64,000 bases of DNA from Deltaproteobacteria bacterium RIFOXYD12_FULL_56_24 (GCA_001799285.1 MGTD01000008.1:3699-67698), one strand, 5' to 3'. Positions 9,815 to 20,125 are shown, counted from the first letter of the stretch. A program made the numbers and translations. Notes: generated by a model not told the origin, from the letters alone.

Positions 9815-11305
9815 ATGTTGAAGTTCAGTAAGATTGGCCCCAAAAACTATGCCGGCGATCTTCTCGTCTATCTGGTGCGTCAGCCAGGCAAGGGTTCCCC
9901 CCGCAGTGCCTGTGGGACGGTCGATGAAATTATCCGGAGGGTGCATGCGCTTGGGGATTTTTCCGGGAAAGAGGGCGAGCACCTGCTTTTTTATCCGGAA
10001 AAAGGAAGGCATGGCCTTCCGGACGTCGAGCGGATAATGGTTGTCGGCTTGGGGCAAGAAGAGTTGAGCCGAGAGTTGTTTCGCAAGGCTGGCGGAAGCA
10101 TCGCCTCTCTGGCCATGAAAAGCAAGGCCCAGGAGCTGTTGCTTGTTTTGCCGGACCTTGTCTGTGATATGGCGGAGATGGTTGAGGGGTTGTCGGAAGG
10201 TCTGGTGCTGGGGGCCTATCGGTTCAGGAGATATAAAAGCAAGAAAGATCCGGAGGGTTCGGGGGAGATGTTGCAGCAGGCTGCGCTGTATGCTGCGGAC
10301 AGCAGGGGGGTAGGCAAGGCGCTCCTGCTTGGGGAAATCGCGGCCCAGGCCGCCTGCCTGGCCCGCGACATGGCAAATGAGCCGGCCAGCCACTGGACAC
10401 CGGCCCATTTTTCCGAATACGCCAGGCATTTGGCCGCCATTCACGGGATGAGATGCACGATTCTGGATCAGGCCCGGATGCAGAAACTGGGGATGGGCGG
10501 GATTATCGGGGTCAATCAGGGCTCGGCCCAGCCGCCGGAAATGATCATTCTCGAGTATGCAGTAAAGCCAAGCGCGCCTACCCTGCTGCTGGTCGGCAAG
10601 GGGCTTACCTTCGATTCCGGCGGGATTTCGCTTAAACCCAGCGCCGGGATGGAAGAGATGAAGTACGATATGTGCGGAGGAGCGGCGGTCCTTTGCGCCA
10701 TGCAGGCGGTTGCCCAGGCGAAGCTCAAGAGGTTGAACCTGGTGGCGATTGTGCCGGCCACCGAGAATCTGCCCGGCCCGGCCGCCCTGAAACCTGGGGA
10801 TGTAATCATCCAGTATGGCGGCAAAACCGTGGAGGTGGTCAACACCGATGCCGAGGGCCGTCTTATTCTGGCCGATGCCCTGGCCTACGGCATCAAAAAA
10901 TACAAGCCGGACATGGTGATTGACGTTGCCACTCTGACCGGCGCCGTCATAATAGGCCTTGGCCATCACCGCACCGGCCTGTTGGCCAATGATGATGAGT
11001 TATGCGCCCGACTGCTCGCTGCCGGGGAACGCAGTGGCGAACCGCTGTGGCGGCTGCCTCTGGACCAGGAGTATAGCAAACAGCTCAGGTCCGAGATCGC
11101 CGATCTCAAGAATGTCGGAAAAAAAGACGGCGGCGCCATTACCGCGGCCGCCTTTCTCAAGGAATTTGTCGGGGAAACCCCCTGGGCTCATCTGGATATT
11201 GCCGGCACCGCCTGGGACTTTACCGAAAAGTCCTATATTCCCAAGGGTCCGTCCGGAATAGCGGTGCGCACCCTGTTTAATTTTGTCCGCAACTGGAAAG
11301 GATAG
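9815..11305 (+). CDS. pepA: Leucyl aminopeptidase (M17)
   Basis: VGKGLTFDSGG, MKYDMCGGAAV, NTDAEGRLILAD, DVATLTGA; ATG at 9815 preferred over 9767. Confidence 0.95.
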   Translation: MLKFSKIGPKNYAGDLLVYLVRQPGKGSPRSACGTVDEIIRRVHALGDFSGKEGEHLLFYPEKGRHGLPDVERIMVVGLGQEELSRELFRKAGGSIASLAMKSKAQELLLVLPDLVCDMAEMVEGLSEGLVLGAYRFRRYKSKKDPEGSGEMLQQAALYAADSRGVGKALLLGEIAAQAACLARDMANEPASHWTPAHFSEYARHLAAIHGMRCTILDQARMQKLGMGGIIGVNQGSAQPPEMIILEYAVKPSAPTLLLVGKGLTFDSGGISLKPSAGMEEMKYDMCGGAAVLCAMQAVAQAKLKRLNLVAIVPATENLPGPAALKPGDVIIQYGGKTVEVVNTDAEGRLILADALAYGIKKYKPDMVIDVATLTGAVIIGLGHHRTGLLANDDELCARLLAAGERSGEPLWRLPLDQEYSKQLRSEIADLKNVGKKDGGAITAAAFLKEFVGETPWAHLDIAGTAWDFTEKSYIPKGPSGIAVRTLFNFVRNWKG

Positions 11306-11349
11306 GGGCAGACGGGAGGTTAGGGTAAGAGTTTAGCTCCCTGGCGCTG

Positions 11350-13242
11350 CTACCGATTCTGCCCGCACAAAGCCAGAGCCTCGACGATAATCGCCGGGGC
11401 ATCGATATTTCCCTTATGGCGAAGCTGGGCCTGGGTGCCGTGTTCCATGAATTTATCCGGTAAGCCAAGTATTTTCGTCTGCACCCCCCAGAGATTTTTT
11501 TTGGCAAACAGTTCAAGTACCGCGCTGCCAAAGCCGCCTTTTTTCACGTTATCCTCAATGGTTATCACCTTGCCGGTCCGCCTGGCCCATTCGCAGATCA
11601 GCTCTTCATCCAGAGGCCTTATAAAACGCGGGTTGATCACCGCCGCCTCCATCCCGAGTTTTTTCAAGCCGGTTGCCGCCTCCAGGGCGGCAGCAACCCT
11701 GTTGCCGATGGGCAGCAAAAGAATATCCTCGCCTTCCCGCAGCAGCTCGCCTTTCCCAAGAGGGAGGCGTTGCCGCACCTCGTCCAGGAAAACGCCTTCC
11801 CCGTTTCCCCTCGGATAGCGGACTGCCGCAGGGCCTGGGTGGAGAATGGCCGTGTGGAGCATGTGCCGCAGTTCATTTTCATCCTTGGGGGCCATGATCA
11901 CCAGATTGGGGATGAAGCGCAGAAAAGAAAGATCGAATACCCCGTGGTGGGTAGGGCCATCGTCTCCGACCAGGCCGCCCCGGTCAATGGCCAGGGTAAC
12001 GGGCAGATTGGGCAAGCAGACATCATGGATGATCTGGTCAAGTGCCCGCTGGAAGAAGGTGGAGTAAATGGCCACCACCGGCAGCAATCCTTCCGTAGCC
12101 ATGCCTGCCGCAAAGGTGATGGCATGCTGTTCGGCAATCCCCACATCAAAAAAACGCTCCGGGAACCGTTGGGAAAAATTGCTCAGGCCGGTGCCCGCCG
12201 GCATGGCCGCGGTGATGGCAACCACGCGCGGGTCCTGTGCCGCGATCTCGACCAGGGTCTCGCCAAAAATTTTGGTGTAACTGGGCGGGGCAGGTGGCGA
12301 GGGGAGGGGGTGGCCGGTTTCGATGCAAAATGGGCCGACCCCGTGAAAATCGCCCGGGTTTTTTTCCGCCGGTTCGTAGCCCTTGCCCTTGGTGGTCAGG
12401 ACATGGATGAGGGTGGGGCCGGTGCTGAAATCGCGGACATTGCTCAGGGCCTCGATGAGGTTTTCCAGGTTATGGCCGGGGATGGGGCCGATGTATTCAA
12501 ATTTGAGGGCCTCAAATAACATGCCGGGGGTGAAGAAGCCCTTGAAGCTCTCCTCGCTTTTCTTGAGGACGGAAAGGATGTTTTCCCCCACATTGGAAAA
12601 GGACTTGAGAAAATGTTCCATCTCCTTCTTGACCCTTACCGCGGTTTTGCTGGTCAGTTTTCTGCTTAAAAAGCTGGAAAGCGCCCCCACATTGGGGGAG
12701 ATGGACATCTCATTGTCGTTGAGGATGACAATGAGATTTTTGTGGAGATGGCCGGCTTGATTGAGGGCCTCAAAGGCCATGCCCCCGGTCATGGAGCCAT
12801 CGCCGATCACGGCTATGCTTTTGTGTCGGTCGCCTTTCAGTTCCTTGCCCGTGGCAATGCCCAGACTGGCCGAGATCGAGGTGCTGCTGTGGCCGGTATC
12901 AAAAGAGTCGAAGGGGCTTTCCTCCCTTTTGGGGAAACCGCTGATTCCCTGGTACTGGCGCAGGGTGTGGAACTTCTCCCTGCGGCCGGTGAGCAGTTTG
13001 TGGGCATAACTCTGATGGCCCACATCCCAGACCAGCTTGTCTTCCGGGGTGTCAAAAACATAGTGGATAGCTAGGGTGAGTTCTACCACCCCCAGGCAGG
13101 GAGCCAGGTGCCCGCCGGTTTTGGAAACGGTCTGGATGATGGTCGCTCTGATTTCCGCGGCCAGCGTCCCGAGTTGTTCCACGGAAAGCTTTTTCAGATC
13201 GGTAGGCGAATTGATGCAGTCCAGTAAAGGGGTATGGCTCAT
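11350..13242 (-). CDS. dxs: 1-deoxy-D-xylulose-5-phosphate synthase
   Basis: [57 protein letters not shown]. Confidence 0.98.
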   Translation of the reverse strand: MSHTPLLDCINSPTDLKKLSVEQLGTLAAEIRATIIQTVSKTGGHLAPCLGVVELTLAIHYVFDTPEDKLVWDVGHQSYAHKLLTGRREKFHTLRQYQGISGFPKREESPFDSFDTGHSSTSISASLGIATGKELKGDRHKSIAVIGDGSMTGGMAFEALNQAGHLHKNLIVILNDNEMSISPNVGALSSFLSRKLTSKTAVRVKKEMEHFLKSFSNVGENILSVLKKSEESFKGFFTPGMLFEALKFEYIGPIPGHNLENLIEALSNVRDFSTGPTLIHVLTTKGKGYEPAEKNPGDFHGVGPFCIETGHPLPSPPAPPSYTKIFGETLVEIAAQDPRVVAITAAMPAGTGLSNFSQRFPERFFDVGIAEQHAITFAAGMATEGLLPVVAIYSTFFQRALDQIIHDVCLPNLPVTLAIDRGGLVGDDGPTHHGVFDLSFLRFIPNLVIMAPKDENELRHMLHTAILHPGPAAVRYPRGNGEGVFLDEVRQRLPLGKGELLREGEDILLLPIGNRVAAALEAATGLKKLGMEAAVINPRFIRPLDEELICEWARRTGKVITIEDNVKKGGFGSAVLELFAKKNLWGVQTKILGLPDKFMEHGTQAQLRHKGNIDAPAIIVEALALCGQNR

Positions 13243-13272
13243 TGTGGCCTTTTCCTCCGGGGTTATACCCGG

Positions 13273-14166
13273 TTAGTTGTTCCGTTCGTAAATATAGCGG
13301 GCAAGGGCGCGGAGCGGCTCGGCCTGGGCGTCAAAAATCTCCAGGGCGGCTATGGCCGCCTCGACGGCCTCATGGGCCATGACCTTTGTCTTCGTTACGC
13401 CGAAGAAGGCCGGATAAGTGGCCTTGTGCCGCTGGGCGTCGGCTCCGGCAGTCTTGCCGAGATTCTCCGTGGTTCCTTCCACATCCAGCAGGTCGTCGAT
13501 TATCTGGAAGGCCAGGCCGATCTGCACCCCGTATCGGCTCAGGGCGGCAAACTGCTCTTCGCTCGCCTGGCCGAAAATCGCCCCAGCCTGTACGGAGACG
13601 GTGATAAGGGCGCCGGTTTTGCAGCCATGGATCAGCCTCAGATGCGCAAAATCGATGGCCTGGCCTTCGGCGGCAAGGTCCAGGGACTGGCCGCCGACCA
13701 TGCCTTTGGGGCCGATAGCCTGAGCAATGAGGTTGATCAGCCGGAGCTGGTCGGCCGGCGGGATGGCCTGCCGGGCCTCGGGATGGCTCAGCAGCTCAAA
13801 GGCGAAGCTGAGCAGCCCGTCTCCGGCCAGAATGGCCTCGGCTTCTCCGAAAACCACATGGCAGGTTGGCTTACCGCGGCGCAGGTCGTCATCATCCATG
13901 GCCGGCAGATCGTCATGAATCAGGGAATAGGTGTGGATGCATTCCAGGGCACAGGCAACGGGCAACAGATGTTCAGTCGGGGCGTGCAAAGCCTTTGCCG
14001 CAGCCAGGGCCAGGATGGGCCGGATTCTCTTGCCTCCGGCGAACAGACTGTAGCGCATCGCCTTGATATGGTTGGCCAGAGCCCCCCCCTCTTCTGGCAG
14101 CATATAGCGCGCCAGGGCCTGTTCGACAACCAGGCATTGTTCGTTCAGGTATTTTTTAAAGTCCAT
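13273..14166 (-). CDS. ispA: Farnesyl/geranyl diphosphate synthase
   Basis: GGKRIRP, HTYSLIHDDLPAMDDDDLRRGKPT, FQIIDDLLD; conserved xseB-ispA-dxs order. Confidence 0.96.
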   Translation of the reverse strand: MDFKKYLNEQCLVVEQALARYMLPEEGGALANHIKAMRYSLFAGGKRIRPILALAAAKALHAPTEHLLPVACALECIHTYSLIHDDLPAMDDDDLRRGKPTCHVVFGEAEAILAGDGLLSFAFELLSHPEARQAIPPADQLRLINLIAQAIGPKGMVGGQSLDLAAEGQAIDFAHLRLIHGCKTGALITVSVQAGAIFGQASEEQFAALSRYGVQIGLAFQIIDDLLDVEGTTENLGKTAGADAQRHKATYPAFFGVTKTKVMAHEAVEAAIAALEIFDAQAEPLRALARYIYERNN

Positions 14167-14204
14167 GGCTGGGAAATTTCCGGTGCTCGCAAGAGTGACA
14201 GAGG

Positions 14205-14453
14205 TCAGGTGTAGTCTTCATCTGGGGCCGCGTCAGGAACGATAAAGGGAACGCTGGTAAGCTTGCCGTCTTTTTTTAGGAGGAGATCAACTTTTTGCTG
14301 TGCCTCTTCAAGTTTGTGGTTGCACAGCTCGGCCAGTTTGATTCCCTCGTCAAATTTTTTCAGGGATTTTTCCAGGCTCAGGTCGCCGTTTTCCAGCTCT
14401 CTGGTGATCTGCTCCAGCGACTCCAGGGCTTCTTCAAAAGATTTTTTGGACAT
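14205..14453 (-). CDS. xseB: Exodeoxyribonuclease VII small subunit
   Basis: [33 protein letters not shown]; upstream of ispA. Confidence 0.95.
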   Translation of the reverse strand: MSKKSFEEALESLEQITRELENGDLSLEKSLKKFDEGIKLAELCNHKLEEAQQKVDLLLKKDGKLTSVPFIVPDAAPDEDYT

Positions 14454-14626
14454 GATTTCTCCCGAGGTTCCTTAAGAAATGAATGGCCCTCGTCTGTCGG
14501 CAAGTAAGAATGAATTATTTAAAATAAATGAAGTTGCGCTTCCGGGCAATGTCTTTCCAAAAAAACATGCGTATGGTAGTTTGTCGGACATTGTGCAATC
14601 ATCTTTGCGTGCTTAAAATTTTTTTT

Positions 14627-14833
14627 GTAACTATCCAGCTCAAGGCCGGAAACGAACAAAAACAACCCAAACCGTAACTATTCAGCAGTGCCGTAGCTGC
14701 TAGGCAGAAGCCTGCGATGTGTGCTTGCGCCCATGAGAAGGCTGATATAGCTGAGTTGAGCAGCTTGCCTGCTCAAACGAAACTTATACCCTCTGGGTGC
14801 AACAACGCAGATGCGGTGCTGCTGGATAGTTAC
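14627..14833. repeat. Composite miniature element (D + B-type module) with a nested family A unit at about 14748-14801
   Basis: Perfect 13 bp terminal inverted repeats GTAACTATCCAGC / GCTGGATAGTTAC; inverted copy lacking the A unit at 53999-54151. Confidence 0.88.
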
Positions 14834-14852
14834 TTTTTTTTAAAAAAACTTC

Positions 14853-15767
14853 ATGCCATACTCTCTGCACGAACTTATTCTAAAATTCAGCCGCTGGCTT
14901 TCCGTGGAAAAGGGCTATTCCCTCAAGACCGTTGAGAGTTATGGTCGGGATCTTGCCGAATTTGCTTCGTTTGTCGGGGCTGCTCAAGATGTCCGTCAGC
15001 TCGAGGCCCGTGCCCTCCGCTCCTTCGTTTATGCCTTGAACGGCAAAAATAAGAGCAGCTCCGTGGCCAGGAAGCTTTCCGCCCTCCGCACTTTTTTTCG
15101 GCATCTTCTCCGCGAAGGGGTCATAGCCCATGACCCGCTCGCCTCCATTGCCACGCCGAAACAGGAAAAGCACATGCCGGTTTTCCTTACGGTGGACGAG
15201 GTTTTTACCCTGCTGGAAATGCCGGGCAGCGAGGATGCCTTTGCCTTCCGGGATCGGGCGATTCTCGAGATCCTTTATTCAACGGGCCTGCGGGTTGCCG
15301 AGCTTGCGGCCCTTGACCTGGAGCGCCTTGATGCGGAAGAAGGGATGCTCCGGGTTACCGGCAAGGGCAACCGGGAACGGCTGGTGCCGGTGGGCCGACC
15401 GGCCCTGGAAGCCTTGAGCCAATATTTGCCCCAGCGGACCATACTGATCCGCGAACGAATCGCCCGCGGGGATGCGCCGGAAAACAAGGCGGTTTTTCTC
15501 AACCACCGGGGGCTGCGGCTCACTACCCGCAGCATTGAACGGCTGGTGAAACTCTATGCCCTGCGGGCCGGAATCGCTGCCCGGGTTACACCCCATGCCC
15601 TGCGCCATTCCTTTGCCACTCATCTTCTGGAAATGGGGGCGGATCTGCGGATGGTTCAGGAACTGCTGGGGCATGTAAGTCTGTCAACCACCCAGCGCTA
15701 TACCCATCTGAACATGGATCATTTAAACGAGGTCTACGATCGGGCTCATCCGAAGGCGAGAATATAG
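14853..15767 (+). CDS. xerC: Tyrosine recombinase XerC
   Basis: RDRAILEILYSTGLRVAEL, GKGNRER, PHALRHSFATHLL, LLGHVSLSTTQRY. Confidence 0.9.
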   Translation: MPYSLHELILKFSRWLSVEKGYSLKTVESYGRDLAEFASFVGAAQDVRQLEARALRSFVYALNGKNKSSSVARKLSALRTFFRHLLREGVIAHDPLASIATPKQEKHMPVFLTVDEVFTLLEMPGSEDAFAFRDRAILEILYSTGLRVAELAALDLERLDAEEGMLRVTGKGNRERLVPVGRPALEALSQYLPQRTILIRERIARGDAPENKAVFLNHRGLRLTTRSIERLVKLYALRAGIAARVTPHALRHSFATHLLEMGADLRMVQELLGHVSLSTTQRYTHLNMDHLNEVYDRAHPKARI

Positions 15768-15830
15768 CCTGAGCCGGTTTATTTTTCAGCTATCTGTTGA
15801 TAGCTGCCATAATTTATCAACGAGGCCAGC

Positions 15831-16349
15831 ATGCTTGAACACGATTTGAAATACTGCCCGAAGTGCCTGGACGAGTACCGGCAGGATATGGAGACCTGCG
15901 CGGCCTGCGCTTTGCCCCTCATCCTGGGCTCGGAACTGGCGGCCATGGAAAAGAACAAAAGCGGTTCTCGCCGGAAGCGGAAAGGAGCCCTGACCCCGGA
16001 TGACCAGCTGGTTGTCATCTCCCAGGCATCCTTGGCCGAGCTTAAGCATCTTAAGGCCTTGCTGGAGGCTGAACAGCTCGGCGTCATGATCAGCAAGGAC
16101 GGCCAGGGTTGCGCCAGTGGCGGCTGCGCGCCCAAGTTTCAACTTCTGGTGCGGCAGGAAGAGATTCAGGATGCCCTGCAGGTGCTTGCCGAGGAGCATC
16201 GCCGGGCTTGTGCCCTGGCCGAACATGACACAGCTCATGCCGAGGCGGTTTTTAATCCGGAGGCCGAAGAGGCAGTCTGTCCGGCCTGCGGCTTTGCCTT
16301 TGCCACCACCGCCACTACCTGCCCGGACTGTGGGCTGTGTTTCGGCTGA
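15831..16349 (+). CDS. Hypothetical protein with N- and C-terminal CxxC zinc-ribbon pairs
   Basis: CPKC..CAAC at the N-terminus, CPAC..CPDC at the C-terminus, central CASGGC; follows xerC. Confidence 0.75.
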   Translation: MLEHDLKYCPKCLDEYRQDMETCAACALPLILGSELAAMEKNKSGSRRKRKGALTPDDQLVVISQASLAELKHLKALLEAEQLGVMISKDGQGCASGGCAPKFQLLVRQEEIQDALQVLAEEHRRACALAEHDTAHAEAVFNPEAEEAVCPACGFAFATTATTCPDCGLCFG

Positions 16350-16356
16350 GGTTTTG

Positions 16357-16464
16357 GTAACCGTTCAGCAGCACCGCATCTTCGGACGATCGGCCCAGCT
16401 TGCGTACAAGAGGTACGCAGCGCCGGTCCGCTTGTCCAAATCTGCGGCACTGCTGAACGGTTAC
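16357..16464. repeat. Miniature inverted-repeat element, family B
   Basis: GTAACCGTTCAGCAG..CTGCTGAACGGTTAC, 108 bp. Confidence 0.9.
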
Positions 16465-16539
16465 AGGTTTCGCCCCAAAGTTTTGAGGCGCTTGCAAGCT
16501 CGGGCCAGGGCTGGTAATCTGCTGGCCGGGCTTTGCAAT

Positions 16540-16608
16540 CACCCTTCGGGTATAAGTTTCGTTTTGCATCTAAAGGGCATAAAATCCGACAAGCTGCTCA
16601 ACTCAGCT
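16540..16608 (-). repeat. Repeat family A, long form, inverted
   Basis: Reverse complement of 213-283. Confidence 0.85.
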
Positions 16609-16717
16609 AAAAGCGGCCACAGGGTGCCGCAGGTTGCGGCAAGCGGTCCGGCGATGCGTACTTTTGTACGTGAGCCGGACCGATCGTCGCAAGATGTGGT
16701 GCCCTGTGATCGCTTAC
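16609..16717. repeat. Miniature inverted-repeat element, family C
   Basis: Inverted copy of 9603-9711, directly abutting the A unit. Confidence 0.88.
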
Positions 16718-16742
16718 ATCTCATCTTTTCCGGGGGGCAAGC

Positions 16743-18314
16743 ATGGCGCGGGAACAGTGGGGCAGCAGAATCGGGGTGATCATGGCGGTGGCGGGCAGCG
16801 CCATCGGCCTGGGCAATTTCCTGCGCTTTCCGGGGCAGGTTGCCCAGCACGGCGGCGGCGCTTTCATGATTCCCTATTTCATCTCGCTCCTCCTCCTCGG
16901 CCTGCCGCTGATCTGGATTGAGTGGACCATCGGCCGCTTCGGCGGGATCTTCGGCCACAGTACCGCGCCGGGGATGTTTCATTCCATGTGGGAGAAGAAT
17001 CGCTTTATCAAGTATTTCGGGGTGATCGGCATCTTCGGCCCGATTGTCATATCCCTCTACTACATCTATATCGAATCCTGGCTGCTGGCCTACAGCTTCT
17101 TCGCCCTGGCCGGCAGCTACGAAGCCTGCACCACCAGCGAGTTGATGCTCTCCTTTCTCAAAGGCTACCAAGGGCTTGAGCAGAACCAGTTTTTTTCAAG
17201 CCTGTGGCCCGCCTACACTTTTTTCTTGATTACCTTTGCTCTTAATGGACTGGTGCTTTATTTCGGTGTGCAGCGGGGGATCGAGCGGGTCTGTAAATAC
17301 GGGGTGCCGCTTCTGCTGATTCTGGCGGTGATTCTGGTGGTCCGGGTTTTTCTTCTCGGCGCCCCCGACCCGGCCCAGCCGGAGAACTCGGTGCTGGGCG
17401 GGTTGGGCTTCATGTGGAACCCGGACTGGTCGGCGCTGACCAGAGGCAAGGTCTGGCTGGCTGCGGCGGGGCAGGTCTTCTTCACCTTGAGCTGCGGGAT
17501 CGGGGTGATTCTCACCTATGCCAGCTATCTCGGTAAAAACGACGATGTCGCGCTCTCCGGTCTTACAGCGGCTTCGGCCAACGAATTTGCCGAGGTGGTC
17601 CTCGGTGGCAGCCTGGTAATCCCGGCGGCTTTTGCCTTTTTGGGGGCGAGCGCGGTAACGGTCGTCGCCCAATCCGGGGTTTTTAATCTTGGCTTCGTCA
17701 CCATGCCCCTGGTACTCCAGAAGATCGCCCACGGCAATTTCTTCGGCTTCATCTGGTTTTTTCTCCTCTTCATCGCCGGGGTGACCTCATCGATCTCCCT
17801 GGCGCAGCCGGCCATCGCCTTTCTCGAGGACGAATTCAATCTGGCCCGCAGGCAGGCAGTGCTGCGGCTGATGGCCGTCATTTTTTTCTTCTCTCAGCCG
17901 GCCATCTTTTTCCTTGGCCGGGGGGTGGTGGACGAAATGGACTTCTGGGGCGGCTCCTTTTTTCTGGTTGTTTTTGCCACCGTGGAAACCATCCTTTTCG
18001 GCTGGGTCTTTGGCATGGACCGGGCCTGGACGGAGCTTCACCGAGGCTCGGACATTATCATCCCCCGCTTCTACCGCTGGATCATTAAGTACGTTACCCC
18101 GCTTTTCCTCCTGCTCATTCTGGGGGTCTGGCTGTTTCAGGACTGGTTGCCGGTGCTCTTCTGCGAGGGGGTTTCCGAGGAAAATCTGCCCTATATCATC
18201 GGCACCCGGCTGATGCTGTTTTCCCTTTTAGGCTCGCTGGCCCTGATGGTCCGGCAGAGCTGGAAGCGGCGGGAGATTAAGCTGTTGGAAAACGGAGGCA
18301 CCAATGACGATTAA
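16743..18314 (+). CDS. Sodium-dependent transporter, NSS/SNF family
   Basis: REQWGSRIGVIMAVAGSAIGLGNFLRFP, GGGAFMIPY, WLAAAGQVFFTLS. Confidence 0.95.
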   Translation: MAREQWGSRIGVIMAVAGSAIGLGNFLRFPGQVAQHGGGAFMIPYFISLLLLGLPLIWIEWTIGRFGGIFGHSTAPGMFHSMWEKNRFIKYFGVIGIFGPIVISLYYIYIESWLLAYSFFALAGSYEACTTSELMLSFLKGYQGLEQNQFFSSLWPAYTFFLITFALNGLVLYFGVQRGIERVCKYGVPLLLILAVILVVRVFLLGAPDPAQPENSVLGGLGFMWNPDWSALTRGKVWLAAAGQVFFTLSCGIGVILTYASYLGKNDDVALSGLTAASANEFAEVVLGGSLVIPAAFAFLGASAVTVVAQSGVFNLGFVTMPLVLQKIAHGNFFGFIWFFLLFIAGVTSSISLAQPAIAFLEDEFNLARRQAVLRLMAVIFFFSQPAIFFLGRGVVDEMDFWGGSFFLVVFATVETILFGWVFGMDRAWTELHRGSDIIIPRFYRWIIKYVTPLFLLLILGVWLFQDWLPVLFCEGVSEENLPYIIGTRLMLFSLLGSLALMVRQSWKRREIKLLENGGTNDD

Positions 18315-18396
18315 CGGCTGGATCTTCATGGGCATAAGCTGGGCGGCGATTATCGGCCTTTTTGTTTTCTGTCTGCGGCGCACCATTAAGCACTAG
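18304..18396 (+). CDS. Small hydrophobic ORF, probable NSS transporter small subunit (MetS-like)
   Basis: MTINGWIFMGISWAAIIGLFVFCLRRTIKH* (30 aa), GGAGG RBS, overlaps the transporter stop; below the ORF-track size cut-off. Confidence 0.7.
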   Translation: MTINGWIFMGISWAAIIGLFVFCLRRTIKH

Positions 18397-18659
18397 CTGT
18401 GGAGCGTATCACGGTGTAAGCCTCATCAGGTTTTAGATTAGTCTGGAGCCTGCAGTAACCGAAAGAAGGCCACCAGATATTTTTTCTCCTGTTCGTTCAG
18501 TTTCAACTTCAACACGAGTCTCGGGCGGGAAATCGGGCCGCGCCTAAAAAATCCGCCATAAAATGCACCTGGCTGTCGCGTTCGAAGGCGTTGTGCGCGC
18601 CAAGTCGCGGTCAGACTTTAGATGGTTCCGTTCGCGGCGCGTCCCATTTGACCGCAATG

Positions 18660-19010
18660 TCAGGCAGTGCCATACTTGCGATTAAAATCATGTTCGCTCA
18701 TGATCAGCAAAAGAATGCCTTCGATAATACCAAGAATGGAGGGAATAGCTGTCCAACAGAACAACAAATAGACGATGCCCCAGCCAATGCGACCAAGATA
18801 GAATTTATGGATGCCAAAACCGCCCAGAAATAAGGCAAACAGGGCTGCGGCCAATTTGCTTTTACCATTTGGCGCCACTGCGGCAAAGTTGTTCGGTGGT
18901 GCGAACTGCCGCACCCCGCACTTGGGACATATTTCCGCCCGTGCTTTGATGATCGCGCCGCACTCGGAGCAAAATTTCTCATCGGCGGTTTTGTGCATGG
19001 CTTCAGTCAT
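18660..19010 (-). CDS. Zinc-ribbon + TM2 domain membrane protein
   Basis: ATG at 19010 (RBS GGAGCAGG): CSECG..CPKCG, then KSKLAAALFALFLGGFGIHKFYLG TM2 motif. Confidence 0.85.
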   Translation of the reverse strand: MTEAMHKTADEKFCSECGAIIKARAEICPKCGVRQFAPPNNFAAVAPNGKSKLAAALFALFLGGFGIHKFYLGRIGWGIVYLLFCWTAIPSILGIIEGILLLIMSEHDFNRKYGTA

Positions 19011-19206
19011 ATCCTGCTCCCTGGAAAATGGATGACAAGTTATTGCGCAGCAACTCTGAATATCCAGGTGTTGTCCTTCGTACTGGAGGCAAGAGGCCGA
19101 GAACGAAGGTGCGCCGAAGAGGGCTGTTGTGGTGTTTCGACTGGTGGCCAGGCATGTCGGCTTCAAAATTATTTGAAGGTGTCCTTACCCAAGGGGTAGG
19201 CCGGGG

Positions 19207-19851
19207 TCAGTTCGGGATCGAGGTCCGCCAGCCGTGCGATGATGGACGGATGCCAGCCATGCTGTGGTAGTGGCTCATAACCTGACGAACGTACTGCTGG
19301 GTTTCGGGGATGGCCGGGATGCCGCGTTCCGCCTCGACCCGATTCGGGCCGGCATTGTAGGCGGCAAGGGCCAGGGAGATGTTTCCGCCGAAGCGGATGA
19401 GCATCTGCCGCAGGTAGCTGGTCCCGCCGAAGATGTTTTCTCTCGGGTCAAAGGGGTTCATTACCCGGAGATCGCTGGCAGTGCCGGGCATGAGCTGCAT
19501 CAGCCCCTTGGCCCCCTTTTCGGAGATGGCCATGGGGTTGAAGTTTGATTCGGCCTTGATCACTGCCTTGATCAGGTGGGGGTTCACGTTGTAGCGCAGG
19601 GCCGCTTTGTGGATATGATCCTCGTAAACCTTCGGATCGACCGGTGTGCCACGCTGTGCGCCATAGCGGGCAAAGCGCGGTTTGTTGCCGAGCCCGCGGA
19701 CCACAACTTTGTACTGTAATTTCGGGTCGTTTGGGGTGTTGGTGAAGTGCAGGGTGCCTTCCGCATCCACGTACGAGTAGATGTCGGCCCGGCTCTCGAC
19801 CGGGATCGCCAGGGTAAGCAGCAGTATCAACAATGGCAAGATTTTTTTCAT
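19207..19851 (-). CDS. Lytic transglycosylase (SLT) with N-terminal DUF4124-like segment
   Basis: Signal peptide, DIYSYVDAEGTLHFTN, AVIKAESNFNP, GAKGLMQLMP, ALAAYNAGP. Confidence 0.93.
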   Translation of the reverse strand: MKKILPLLILLLTLAIPVESRADIYSYVDAEGTLHFTNTPNDPKLQYKVVVRGLGNKPRFARYGAQRGTPVDPKVYEDHIHKAALRYNVNPHLIKAVIKAESNFNPMAISEKGAKGLMQLMPGTASDLRVMNPFDPRENIFGGTSYLRQMLIRFGGNISLALAAYNAGPNRVEAERGIPAIPETQQYVRQVMSHYHSMAGIRPSSHGWRTSIPN

Positions 19852-20091
19852 GGCTTGATCTTCATGTGAGTTTAGCGATTTTATACCACAAAGAACGGGC
19901 AGGCAGCAAACTGTTTGTTTGTCCGAATGCGAGAGAATGTCAGGGGCGCACCATGGTTTTCCCGGCCAGTTCGGCCATTGCTGTTATGATTCCTGCATAG
20001 GCCTCGGTCGGTAGGCCAGGGCCGTCTTCGCCACATGGACATTGTAAAGTCCTCCTCCCCGGTTACCTTTTTTTGCTTCCCAATCGTCGTT

Positions 20092-20125
20092 TTGCCAAAC
20101 TGGCAAACTTGTGCCAAGTTGGCAA
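20092..20125. promoter_or_regulatory. Tandem palindromic sites TTGCCA-N3-TGGCAA (candidate enhancer-binding-protein UAS)
   Basis: TTGCCAAACTGGCAA (20092-20106) and GTGCCAAGTTGGCAA (20111-20125), 19 bp apart, upstream of a sigma54 promoter. Confidence 0.6.

Noticed and set aside
14853-15767. Tyrosine recombinase as a phage or integron integrase
   Set aside because: Size and motifs fit XerC, the context is housekeeping, and I see no IntI-specific insertion, att site or cargo.
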